Below, piece after piece: positions 53,662 through 61,916 of a stretch of DNA of 61,916 nt. The notes under the pieces were generated by a model that worked only from the letters and a program-made list of their open reading frames with translations, made no database searches and had not been told where the DNA came from. This DNA comes from a virus (lineage: Duplodnaviria; Caudoviricetes). A program made the translations under genes and the position numbers. The stretch's first letter is position 1. Every line of letters begins with the position of its first letter. Location of the stretch: IMG/VR virus record IMGVR_UViG_3300032242_001185, positions 1-61,916 of that record, one strand, 5' to 3'.

Positions 53662-53792
53662 TACTTTTTGCCTCCACGCATTTTCCCTAGGGAGTTCTTT
53701 TTACGGTCCGCAAGGTTTTGCGGGCGTTTCATGTTTGGGTTTTTTCTTGATTTACAGGCTGGGCAAGTACCACAGTTACATGTCTTTGGCAT
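53661..53792 (-). CDS. Basic Cys micro-protein (43 aa, MPKTCNCGTCPAC...)
   Basis: Translated by hand; abuts its neighbours. Confidence 0.6.
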   Translation of the reverse strand: MPKTCNCGTCPACKSRKNPNMKRPQNLADRKKNSLGKMRGGKK

Positions 53793-54083
53793 TTATTTCT
53801 TCTTTCCTGCTCGACGCTTATTTTCTTTAGCGACGTTGTCTTTGTGTTTCATTGCTTTCAGGTTAGACATGCGGTCATCACCTGCACGACCCTTGTTGTT
53901 TTTGTGGTCAACATCGGTATCTTTACTTAGTTTACCATTTTTGGCTTCATAGTCAGCCCTAGCCTTATTTTTACTTGTAGTTTTCCAAGTGCCATCGGCT
54001 TGCTTAGTTTTGTAAACATAGATAGGTCTGCCACCGTTAGCAGCAGAACCTTTGTAAGGTCCAAACTTTTTAGTTTCAGCCAT
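53793..54083 (-). CDS. HNH-like basic protein
   Basis: DVDHKNN...SNL......N motif. Confidence 0.7.
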   Translation of the reverse strand: MAETKKFGPYKGSAANGGRPIYVYKTKQADGTWKTTSKNKARADYEAKNGKLSKDTDVDHKNNKGRAGDDRMSNLKAMKHKDNVAKENKRRAGKKK

Positions 54084-54325
54084 TAACGGTGCCTCGCAGT
54101 TTTCTTAGCAATCTTTTTAGGTTGAGCAACAAACTGCTTACCAGCCTTGCCACCATCACCCTTAGCCTTTGCAGCATTAGTGGCTTTCTTTTCAGCAGGA
54201 GTAAGGTCAGCCCATGCTTTCTTAGGAAGATAACGTTTCTTACCATTAGATGGTTTACCGTCTGAAGTTCCCCAATCTTCTTTGGTCCATTTGTCTAAAG
54301 ACTGTTGTGACTTTGCTTTAGCCAT
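54083..54325 (-). CDS. Basic protein resembling the C-terminal half of DUF5872-type proteins
   Basis: Q.SL.KWTKEDW.T...RYLPKKAW..L...EK.ATN..K...GKQFV. Confidence 0.7.
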   Translation of the reverse strand: MAKAKSQQSLDKWTKEDWGTSDGKPSNGKKRYLPKKAWADLTPAEKKATNAAKAKGDGGKAGKQFVAQPKKIAKKTARHR

Positions 54326-54513
54326 TAGTTCTTGTAGCCTCCGCCAGCCTTTTTATACTCAGCCGCCAATAGTTGCGCCTTACGGGCAGACCATTCACCT
54401 GGGTCTCCACCCTTAGAGCCAGCCTTAATTCTGTTAAAAATAGTTTTACGCAAACCAGGCTTAGTGTAGTTACCAGCCTCATTAACTTTAGACTTTGATT
54501 TCTTTTCAGCCAT
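54325..54513 (-). CDS. Basic protein resembling the N-terminal half of DUF5872-type proteins
   Basis: NYTKP.LR...GSKGG.PGEWSARKAQL....YKKAGGGY. Confidence 0.75.
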   Translation of the reverse strand: MAEKKSKSKVNEAGNYTKPGLRKTIFNRIKAGSKGGDPGEWSARKAQLLAAEYKKAGGGYKN

Positions 54514-54827
54514 TACTTCTTGCCCTTTTTAGAATCAAGACGCTTAGACATTGCCGCAGCCTTAGACTTAGCGTCAGCCTTAGAAGATGCGCCCCATGCC
54601 TGAAGGCTAAGGAGAAGACGAGTAGGCTCTCCATTAGGTTTCCTTTCAGGACCAGGCATGCCACCCATACGTGCAAGGAACGATGCACGACGAGGGTTAT
54701 CGCCAGACTTTACTGGAGCCTTCAAGTTTGAGCCAGGGTTTGCTCTTTCGTAAGACTTACGACCCTTTTCATTAAGACCGCCTTTAGCGTTCTTGCCAGA
54801 CTTTTTCTGCCACGCTTCGCTTGCCAT
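54513..54827 (-). CDS. Basic protein (DUF6321-like)
   Basis: AWQ...GKN..GGLN.KGR.SY...LKAPV...RRASF.ARM. Confidence 0.7.
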   Translation of the reverse strand: MASEAWQKKSGKNAKGGLNEKGRKSYERANPGSNLKAPVKSGDNPRRASFLARMGGMPGPERKPNGEPTRLLLSLQAWGASSKADAKSKAAAMSKRLDSKKGKK

Positions 54828-54829
54828 GA

Positions 54830-55036
54830 TTAGTCCTTCTTAAACTTAGGGGTCTTCTTAGGACCAGTACCTGTGGTGTTGTAACGGCTGTGCACATTCT
54901 TGGTAGCAGTGTCATGCTTGTTTTTAGACAAGTTGCCTTTGTGCTGTGCTTTAACAGGCTTTTCAGCCTTACCGTTAGAGTCCTTAGTGTTAGACACGTT
55001 AGTTTTCTTTTGCATTTTTGGTCTAGGAAGTGCCAT
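54830..55036 (-). CDS. Lys-rich micro-protein
   Basis: 68-aa ORF; translationally coupled. Confidence 0.65.
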   Translation of the reverse strand: MALPRPKMQKKTNVSNTKDSNGKAEKPVKAQHKGNLSKNKHDTATKNVHSRYNTTGTGPKKTPKFKKD

Positions 55037-55173
55037 TATTTGGTCCTCTTTTTCTTCTTAGTAACTTTCTTAGGAAGGTCAGCACCTTTAGGGGTGTGGG
55101 CTTCCCATTCTGCCGCCATTTTAGGGTTAGTGGCGTACATCCATTTTCTTTGCTGCTCAGACTTAAAAGGCAT
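55036..55173 (-). CDS. Basic micro-protein (45 aa, MPFKSEQQRKWMYA...)
   Basis: Translated by hand; MPFKS..Q is a recurrent N-terminus among small phage proteins. Confidence 0.7.
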   Translation of the reverse strand: MPFKSEQQRKWMYATNPKMAAEWEAHTPKGADLPKKVTKKKKRTK

Positions 55174-55175
55174 AA

Positions 55176-55391
55176 TTACCAACTAGTCAAAGCAGTGCGA
55201 CGCCAAGTATTGGCGGCTACACACACATAAAAGTATCCAGCAGCATAAGCAACCTGACCTGCTGTACCCGAAGAAGTAGCAGTTGCAGGTGCGGCAACCC
55301 AAGGACCCACTTTGGTGTCAAGGTAGTCTAGGGCGGTGTTTAGGGTTGTACCCCAATCAGTTTGACCAACTGTAGGTTTAACAAGTGCCAT
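55176..55391 (-). CDS. Small virion fibre-like protein
   Basis: P..GQ..WG..LN and P.TATSSG..GQ.AY...Y.YVC.A.NTW.R motifs. Confidence 0.65.
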   Translation of the reverse strand: MALVKPTVGQTDWGTTLNTALDYLDTKVGPWVAAPATATSSGTAGQVAYAAGYFYVCVAANTWRRTALTSW

Positions 55392-55393
55392 AG

Positions 55394-55999
55394 TTACTCT
55401 CCGTAAGCATCCGAGCCATAGTAACCGTTACCATAGCCAATCGTTCTAAGTTCCACAACAGACTTTTGTGCGTATGTTTGAAACTGTGGGTCGTTAACAA
55501 GTTCCTCAGGATTAACCTGATTGCAGTCGATAGTTACAACAGCGTAACGGAAACCGAAAGCACCACGAGGGATAACTCGTGTAGGAACAAACACTTCCCC
55601 ACGATACACAATTCTATCCTTTATGTGTCCGTTAGGGTTAGCAAGCAAATCTGGAAGTAGACGTTGCACATCGCCAACGTTTAGCACAATTCGTAGCGTA
55701 TCGGAAACGTAGTAACCACGTTCGTTCATTACGTTAGTTGAGCGCAAAAGTTGTGCCATAACAACAGGCATAACCATTTTTGGGTGCCAGTGGCGTCCTT
55801 GACCTGCTACAGAACTTGAAACATCATAAATGTCATCAACAATAGTTGTGTAGTGTGTTGTAAAATAGTCTTCTTGCCATTTCCACCAGTCAATAGTGGT
55901 TCCCACGGTTGCGCCAAGTTCTTCGCCAATACCCTCATACATTGAGAGGGCTTCATAAGCGATACTAAAGCGACCGTTATCGGCACCACCACCACGCAT
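55394..55999 (-). CDS. Putative head-closure/neck protein
   Basis: DDIYD...W...DRIVY.G.VF; morphogenesis context. Confidence 0.55.
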   Translation of the reverse strand: MRGGGADNGRFSIAYEALSMYEGIGEELGATVGTTIDWWKWQEDYFTTHYTTIVDDIYDVSSSVAGQGRHWHPKMVMPVVMAQLLRSTNVMNERGYYVSDTLRIVLNVGDVQRLLPDLLANPNGHIKDRIVYRGEVFVPTRVIPRGAFGFRYAVVTIDCNQVNPEELVNDPQFQTYAQKSVVELRTIGYGNGYYGSDAYGE

Positions 56000-56023
56000 A
56001 AACTGCTCGTTTCTATAGAGTTA

Positions 56024-57637
56024 TTATGCCCAGTTTCCAGCAAATAGGTTTACTGGACCTACGCTAGTACCAAGTTTTTCAATTTCAAACCAAGAACCAG
56101 TATTAATAGTTGCAGTTGATGAAGTGGGAGTAACTCCTTGGAACTGTGGGGTTAAACTTCCTGTGAGCGTTGCGTGCGTTTGAATGTACCCGTCAATTTC
56201 AACAACAAAAGAACCACTCGAACTGACTGATGAAAGAACCGTTGTCGCCGTGTTTGCTGTAGCAGTACCCGAATAAACTAGTCCCGAAGCGCTGGCAATT
56301 TGTGAAAACGATTTAAAGTTATACTTGAACGCTGCAGGAGTAGCGCTATTTCCAAAAGCCCAAAGTACGGTCATTCCAATAGAGTTAGAAGTATAAACCA
56401 GTGACACATAGTATTTAGCACGGAAACGATAAATTTTTGCGGGCTCTAGAACGGAAAGCACGTCAGTAGAAGAATCAAAAACAGAAGTTGTTGTGCTGCT
56501 TGTGGATGATGCCGAACTAATTCCAGCAAAAACAAAATGTGTTGCAGGGATAAGCCCACGACCAGCACCTGTGCTTGTTGAACCAGGGTTATTAGTTGCA
56601 TACAAAGCGTCTGTAGCAGCCTCTACAGCGCCGTATACAGGCACTGTAAGGTTAGTTCCTGCAGCCATGTAAAGCGGAGCAGTACCTGCTGTGGCAGTTC
56701 CTGCACGAAGCGTTAGCGTACCTGTTAGAGTTGCTGAACCAGTCAAAGAACCAGTCATTGTAGAGTCAGTAAACGCAATAGTTTTAGTTGTGCTTGAGGT
56801 GTAATACTTCAATGCACCAGTATTGACCCATAGGTCACCAGATGTTGGGGCAGAAGGGTCCACTGTTGTACCAGTCAAGTTAAGCGGAGCCACTGAAGTG
56901 GTGGTTGTTACACCAATAATTTTTCCTGTAAACGTTCCACCAGCCAAAGTAACAACAGTTCCGCTTGTCGAAGGGAATGTCATAGTGGTGGCATCTGTAC
57001 CCGCCAAAGTTAACGAGTTGCTTACAGTAAGAGTCTTACCTGAAGTACCTGTAAATGTAACACCGTTTACAGTACCAGTCATAGCAGAATCGGTGAACGC
57101 CAAAAATCTAGTGGCAGAACCGTTGTAATACTTGATGCCGCCAGAGTTAACCCATAGGTCACCGCTTACTAATGATGCAGGGTCTGCAACACCTGAAAGG
57201 TTAAGTGATGCCGCAATACCTGTACCAGTGATGTTGTTACCAACAATTTTGCCTGTCATGGTTCCACCAGTTTTTGGCAAAGCACCATTGGCTAGGTCGT
57301 ATGCAGTTTTAACAGAGTTTGGTACAGCAGCCAAAGTTGTGCTGGTGCTTGAAGTGCTATCCAACAACTGAACAGCGCCTTTTTGAGAGGTTGTACCATC
57401 CTGTACAGAAATGTTTGGCGCTGTTGCAGTACCCGAGTTAGTTGCTGGAGAAGTTACCGCAACGTTACCTTGCAAACTAAGAGAATTCCAAGCGGTAGAA
57501 CCATCACCAATTTTGAAAGAACCTGCGTTAGTTCCACTGGTAATGTACCCAATCTCACCTGCAAGCAGGGTAGGGTTAGCACTGTTCCAGTTAGCGTAAG
57601 TGTCTCTACGAAATTGGATTCGGGTTTGAACCGCCAT
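56024..57637 (-). CDS. Tail fibre/whisker protein (Mtd/hyaluronidase-type N-terminus, gpH-like repeat, internal duplication)
   Basis: IQFRRDT.ANW...NP.L..GEIG...KIGDG..AWN.L; KGAVQL...AA.PNSVKTAYD; two GDLWVN...KYY...AFTDS repeats. Confidence 0.8.
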   Translation of the reverse strand: MAVQTRIQFRRDTYANWNSANPTLLAGEIGYITSGTNAGSFKIGDGSTAWNSLSLQGNVAVTSPATNSGTATAPNISVQDGTTSQKGAVQLLDSTSSTSTTLAAVPNSVKTAYDLANGALPKTGGTMTGKIVGNNITGTGIAASLNLSGVADPASLVSGDLWVNSGGIKYYNGSATRFLAFTDSAMTGTVNGVTFTGTSGKTLTVSNSLTLAGTDATTMTFPSTSGTVVTLAGGTFTGKIIGVTTTTSVAPLNLTGTTVDPSAPTSGDLWVNTGALKYYTSSTTKTIAFTDSTMTGSLTGSATLTGTLTLRAGTATAGTAPLYMAAGTNLTVPVYGAVEAATDALYATNNPGSTSTGAGRGLIPATHFVFAGISSASSTSSTTTSVFDSSTDVLSVLEPAKIYRFRAKYYVSLVYTSNSIGMTVLWAFGNSATPAAFKYNFKSFSQIASASGLVYSGTATANTATTVLSSVSSSGSFVVEIDGYIQTHATLTGSLTPQFQGVTPTSSTATINTGSWFEIEKLGTSVGPVNLFAGNWA

Positions 57638-57658
57638 TGGAATCTCCTAAAAGTTGGA

Positions 57659-60600
57659 TTAAGCCTGGGCTTCAGTCCAAGACAGACGACCTACAACGCT
57701 TGCGGCAGATTGAGTAGACAAGTTTTGAACCACAATAGTAAGCACGTCAGGACCATCAGGATAGACACCGCTTGCTGCCGTAGTTCCACCACCACCAAGA
57801 ACTGAGTTACCAAGGTCACGAACCAACGACAAGTCAACGCTGTTAGTAGAACTAACAAAGAATCCACCAGTGATTTCACCGCCATTAACTGTTGCGTTAG
57901 CGCCAGAATAATCAGCAATTTGTGCAAGACTCGATGTTGGTGCGGTTAGTGAAGACCAAGTTGCTGAAGTCTGCGGAGTACCATTAAGTACAGCAGTAAC
58001 TAGCAAGTTACCAATGGTAGAACCCTGAAGAGCAATGTCCAAAGCACGAAGAACCAACTGCATGCGGTTAACCAAATCACGAGCACCAAAAGCAGCAGCC
58101 CTACCGTTATCCACCGAAGGAGCAATGCGGATTGAGAACAATGCTTTTGTAGACGCACCTGCGACAGTTACGGTCGCTGCAGACAAAGCAGTTGACGGTG
58201 CTGGATTAACAGTAAACGTTGTATTACCCGTAACTGCGGTAACCACGGTTTGTCCAATAACTGCACCAGCAGCACCAGTAGTAGGTCCAGGGTTACCACC
58301 AATAGGAATAACCAAGGTTGTTCCCGTAGTACCTGACTGTGCAATCCATGTACCGTTATAGGCTGTTGGAGTAACACCGCTAATTAGCACCTGTTGACCA
58401 ACAACAATGTTGTGAGTTGCACCAGTAGTAATGCTGATGTTGGTTGTACCAGTAGGTGTTTGGTTTGCAATTGTCTGAGACGTGCTGCCCTGTAGAACAC
58501 CAGTTCCAGCAGTAACAGCCAAAGTCTGACCAACAACAACGTTTGTAGTTCCGCTAGGAGCAGTAACAGTCGTAGTGCTAGAGGTAACGTTTGTAGTTCC
58601 AATAGAAACGGCTGCAGTAGCACCCAAACCAGTAGTTGCAGTTTGACCATAAGTAAATAGCAGGGACTTGTCATCGTCAAAACGACCGTCCATGATTACC
58701 GAGGTACCCCAGTGGCTAATGGTGGGAGCAAATGTTGGGAACGCAAGTTCTACAGCAATAGGAGCGGTTGCACTGTAAGTAAATGACTGACCTGTTGCTC
58801 CAGTAATACCTCCAGTACCCATACCCAAAGTTGTTATATATGGGTTATTAGTGCTGCCAGCAAGAGCCTGGCTAAATGTTACAGGGTATAGACCAGCGTT
58901 AGGTCCACTAGCAATAGAACCGCCAAGGCTAGTAACATAAGTGCTTTCAGGGAACTGACCATCAGTTTGACCAACTACTCGCTGACCTACCTGAATACCT
59001 GTTGGGTCACTCCAATAACTTATGTTAGAACCAACAGTCATAGTAACTGCACTACCGCTGTATACACCATTTTGCATACGGGTTACACCAGTAAACGATG
59101 TTGAAGTAAGACCTGTGTAGTTAAAGTACTCGTAGGCTGAGGGACCCTTAATAACGGCAGTTCCAGAACTTGGGAATCCAACAGTTGAAGCAACAGGAAT
59201 AGTTGTCACTGATGCGTTGATGCTGGCACCAAGAGTTGTTCTTGGAGGAAGAGTAGACGACTCATAACGTCCTGGCAAGTTGCCAGAACGCATGTAAGCC
59301 TCAGTATTAACATTGTTGTTTTGCATCTTGTGGACGTAAGTAACGTCACCAGTAGCACCACGAAGCCCCCAGCGAATAAACCCTGCACCATACCAAGAAT
59401 AGTCAATGTAGAACATTTGCATACGTGACAGGTCTAGGTTGTATCCTGAAGGACCAGTTCCATCCATCTTGTCAATGTTCCACTGTGACTGTGGAATTCT
59501 GGTATCAATTGTCTTAGAAACAATAGCACCTGTGATGTTTGATGCACCACGGTAGGCAGGTGAAATAGTCAAACTTGTGTTTGAGGTAATTGAGTCAACA
59601 CGGTAAGAAGCGCCACGAATAACAATAAAATCACCTGGAGCCAACTGATTTGAAAAAATAGTTGGGAATAGTGAGTTGCTAGTTACAGTAGACGAACCAG
59701 CGTTTACGTTTACACGACCCGAAATTTGGTATGTAGAGTTACGGCGAACAGCATAAATTTGCTGACCGTCAAACTCAAAGAACAAACCATTTTGCTGGTC
59801 AAAAATACCGAGACGGTTTACAGCACCATACCAATTTGTTATAGATGCCGAGTAAGTTCCCGAACCATTTACTAGTAAGGTGCTAGTGGTTGTTGGTGTA
59901 TAGGTAAATGTGTTGTATCCAGTAACTGCATAAACAGCAAATGAGCCATTAAACAGTGTTTCATTTGCACCAGAAACAACAATAGTTGAACCTGGCTGAA
60001 CGTTGTGCTGGTCTTTAGTTTTTACTGAAACAAAGTTTCCAGTCAACAAAATAGTTGCTGAAGACAATGCAACATCAGGAGTAACATTTAGGACAAACTG
60101 CGTACCATTAGTTACTGACATTACGACTGCATACGCAGAGATAGTTCCCGTACCAGAAACTGCTGTAACTATTTGACCTGGAAAAACGTTTGAAGTACTT
60201 GCAACAGTAACGGTTGTGCCTGACGAAGATGCTCCAGTAAGAGTTACTGTTGGGACATACGTTAGTGTATCAATCTGAAAGTTAGGTTTAAGAATGGTAC
60301 CAGAAGACATCTGGATACCCTTACCTGACTGATAACGGAAATAACGGCGAGTCTGACGTACCTGTGACTCATAGTTTGAACCACCATTAGATGAGAAAAT
60401 TACACCCCCATCAAATGGGCGGTGAAGAACTGCACCTTGTGGTCGTGCATAAACTGAGCCACCAGAAATTGCTCCAACAGCAGTTACTTTAGAAATAAAC
60501 TGAAACGTAGTTGGGCTAGAGATGTTGGCTACAACCCAAGTCCCATTAGGAGCACCCGAGGTTGCCGCTGTAGTTCCTGCAATTTGAATTTCATTACCAA

Positions 60601-61411
60601 TAGAAAGACCATGTGGAATTGTTGTAGTAACTGTAACGTAAGTAGAACTGGTTGTAATAGTAGGAGTTCCACCAATAGCGGCACCAGTGTAGAACGAAGC
60701 CTGAGTAATTTGAGTTTTGTTAGTATCAAAAATTGAACCGCTCACGGTTGCAGCAGCACGGGCAAGGTAAGTGAACGAAGTTGCAGAAGGTGTAGAGCCT
60801 GTATCAATAGCAAAAGTTCCATTAGCAATAGGGTTTAGAGTGTCTTGAACAATAAGTGGTTGACCATAAGAAGTTCCGCTAAAAGGAAATCCCGAACCAG
60901 AAACAGTGACAACACGTGAACCAGCAGTCATTTGAATGTCAGTAATGCCTGTAACTACTAAAGAGTTGCTGTAAGCGTATGGACGAAGATTAGTGGTTGC
61001 TAGGTTTTCCCATTTAGACACCTGAGTACCATACTCAAAGTCGGTGTCAATCAGTGCCTGTGGGCTTGATGTGCGGAACTTGTTAGTTGGGTCAAGTTGC
61101 GTTTCTGCAGGAGTAAACTTTTCCGAATACTCATCAACAGTAATCTGAAGTTTGTCGGTAGAAGACATTCCAGCACTTGCAGTGTTAAATCTAAACACCA
61201 AAGTTGTTGTATCAGAGGTTGTAGAAGATGCAGTGGTAGCCGTGTAAGAAGTAAAGTTTAGTTCTGGCTGTGCAAAGTCATAAAGAGTGTGGTGAGTTGT
61301 TGTATTAACAATAGAGATAATACGCTCACGAGCAATGTACTTGCTGATTGCAAGTGTCTTGGTAGCGGGGGTAAACGTGTACCCAGTCTCCAAAAGAATT
61401 TTTCTAGCCAA
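57659..61411 (-). CDS. Large Thr/Ser/Gly-rich virion structural protein with multiple beta modules
   Basis: 1250 aa; YTF.P.TK...I.N.T N-terminus; repeated HG..G..V.I.G...NG modules; SD AGGAG with TTG start. Confidence 0.75.
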   Translation of the reverse strand: MARKILLETGYTFTPATKTLAISKYIARERIISIVNTTTHHTLYDFAQPELNFTSYTATTASSTTSDTTTLVFRFNTASAGMSSTDKLQITVDEYSEKFTPAETQLDPTNKFRTSSPQALIDTDFEYGTQVSKWENLATTNLRPYAYSNSLVVTGITDIQMTAGSRVVTVSGSGFPFSGTSYGQPLIVQDTLNPIANGTFAIDTGSTPSATSFTYLARAAATVSGSIFDTNKTQITQASFYTGAAIGGTPTITTSSTYVTVTTTIPHGLSIGNEIQIAGTTAATSGAPNGTWVVANISSPTTFQFISKVTAVGAISGGSVYARPQGAVLHRPFDGGVIFSSNGGSNYESQVRQTRRYFRYQSGKGIQMSSGTILKPNFQIDTLTYVPTVTLTGASSSGTTVTVASTSNVFPGQIVTAVSGTGTISAYAVVMSVTNGTQFVLNVTPDVALSSATILLTGNFVSVKTKDQHNVQPGSTIVVSGANETLFNGSFAVYAVTGYNTFTYTPTTTSTLLVNGSGTYSASITNWYGAVNRLGIFDQQNGLFFEFDGQQIYAVRRNSTYQISGRVNVNAGSSTVTSNSLFPTIFSNQLAPGDFIVIRGASYRVDSITSNTSLTISPAYRGASNITGAIVSKTIDTRIPQSQWNIDKMDGTGPSGYNLDLSRMQMFYIDYSWYGAGFIRWGLRGATGDVTYVHKMQNNNVNTEAYMRSGNLPGRYESSTLPPRTTLGASINASVTTIPVASTVGFPSSGTAVIKGPSAYEYFNYTGLTSTSFTGVTRMQNGVYSGSAVTMTVGSNISYWSDPTGIQVGQRVVGQTDGQFPESTYVTSLGGSIASGPNAGLYPVTFSQALAGSTNNPYITTLGMGTGGITGATGQSFTYSATAPIAVELAFPTFAPTISHWGTSVIMDGRFDDDKSLLFTYGQTATTGLGATAAVSIGTTNVTSSTTTVTAPSGTTNVVVGQTLAVTAGTGVLQGSTSQTIANQTPTGTTNISITTGATHNIVVGQQVLISGVTPTAYNGTWIAQSGTTGTTLVIPIGGNPGPTTGAAGAVIGQTVVTAVTGNTTFTVNPAPSTALSAATVTVAGASTKALFSIRIAPSVDNGRAAAFGARDLVNRMQLVLRALDIALQGSTIGNLLVTAVLNGTPQTSATWSSLTAPTSSLAQIADYSGANATVNGGEITGGFFVSSTNSVDLSLVRDLGNSVLGGGGTTAASGVYPDGPDVLTIVVQNLSTQSAASVVGRLSWTEAQA

Positions 61412-61453
61412 TTACGCTCCTAGCGGTGGTTGCGGTTTCACGCACTTGACCCA

Positions 61454-61462
61454 AGTTTACCA
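61454..61462 (-). promoter_or_regulatory. Putative extended -10 promoter TGGTAAACT
   Basis: TGnTAnnnT in the intergenic gap upstream of the 1250-aa gene. Confidence 0.5.
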
Positions 61463-61502
61463 TTTTTAGTAAAATCTTTTGGTGAAACCATAGTTTTTTT
61501 AG

Positions 61503-61916
61503 TTACAGGATTACTTCACTAAGACGTTCAGTAAAGAAGTTTCCACCCTTAACTTCTGTTTCCACCAAAGTAGTGGAGTCAATGACTTTGAGGGACCAAT
61601 AAGTGCGGTCTGCCAAAGTAAGTGTTTGAGTAGATGTTAATGAAATTGTTGCAGTGTAAGACTTGTTTCCTTGGATAGAAACAAACCCAGTTAGTCCCGT
61701 AAGGGCAACCGCAGTATTTGCGGTTGTTGTGACCGTAAATGAGTTGGTGCTCACAGTAGCAATCGTCCAAGTGGTATTAAACTCGGTGTTTACACCGCCA
61801 ATAATAATCTTGGCTCCAGCAGCAAAGCCGTGATTAGCGGCAGTAATAGTTGCCGTAGTGCTTCCGTTTGAACGGCTAACAGCAGTAATGTTGCGACTGT
61901 TATTGTCAACTACTGA
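61503..61916 (-). CDS. Virion structural protein, 5' truncated by window, carrying an inserted beta module
   Basis: Frame is open to the window end: SVVDNNSRNITAVSRSNGSTTATITAANHGFAAGAKIIIGG...FNTTW. Confidence 0.75.
   Translation of the reverse strand, partial: SVVDNNSRNITAVSRSNGSTTATITAANHGFAAGAKIIIGGVNTEFNTTWTIATVSTNSFTVTTTANTAVALTGLTGFVSIQGNKSYTATISLTSTQTLTLADRTYWSLKVIDSTTLVETEVKGGNFFTERLSEVIL

Noticed and set aside
56024-57637. Mtd-like N-terminus suggesting a diversity-generating retroelement
   Set aside because: No reverse transcriptase and no template/variable repeat pair differing at adenines in the window.
1-61916. tRNA genes, introns, inteins, stop-codon reassignment
   Set aside because: Intergenic gaps are short with no cloverleaf seen; RNR, PolA, DnaB and RecA are uninterrupted and of normal length under the standard code. 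tRNAscan-SE would confirm.

Overview
The whole 61.9 kb window reads as part of a large contractile-tailed (myovirus) bacteriophage genome. The host is probably an actinobacterium, inferred from two WhiB-family regulators, a ClgR-like HTH and TANNNT/leaderless promoters. Positions 1-6.9 kb (+ strand, more GC-rich) hold a MoxR-type AAA ATPase/VWA-metallopeptidase pair, a chain of translationally coupled micro-genes, and an XRE/HicA/WhiB trio, ending at a bidirectional terminator. The rest is on the - strand. From left to right it has thioredoxin and class II ribonucleotide reductase; an operon of TGT-like, HAD-like, Cys-peptide and nucleotidyltransferase genes; about 7 kb of unknown low-complexity proteins; SpoVS; and recombination/replication genes (RuvC, dNMP kinase, Cas4-like nuclease, RecA, PolA, SSB, SNF2, primase, DnaB, DnaC-like loader, and an initiator containing an origin-like repeat cluster). 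These are followed by a baseplate/tape-measure/tube/sheath module, about 12 small mostly Lys-rich proteins, and neck/fibre genes. I saw no tRNA, rRNA, CRISPR array, integrase, terminase large subunit, portal or major capsid gene. Best leads: the TGT-like/HAD/NTase operon with its exact 17-bp repeats; an approximately 70-85 aa beta-module repeatedly inserted, and once nested, inside three virion proteins; the basic micro-protein cluster; shared N-terminal tags and paralogous domains in the unknown region; and a candidate +1 frameshift in the tail chaperone. All product calls come from reading motifs by eye; no database search was run.
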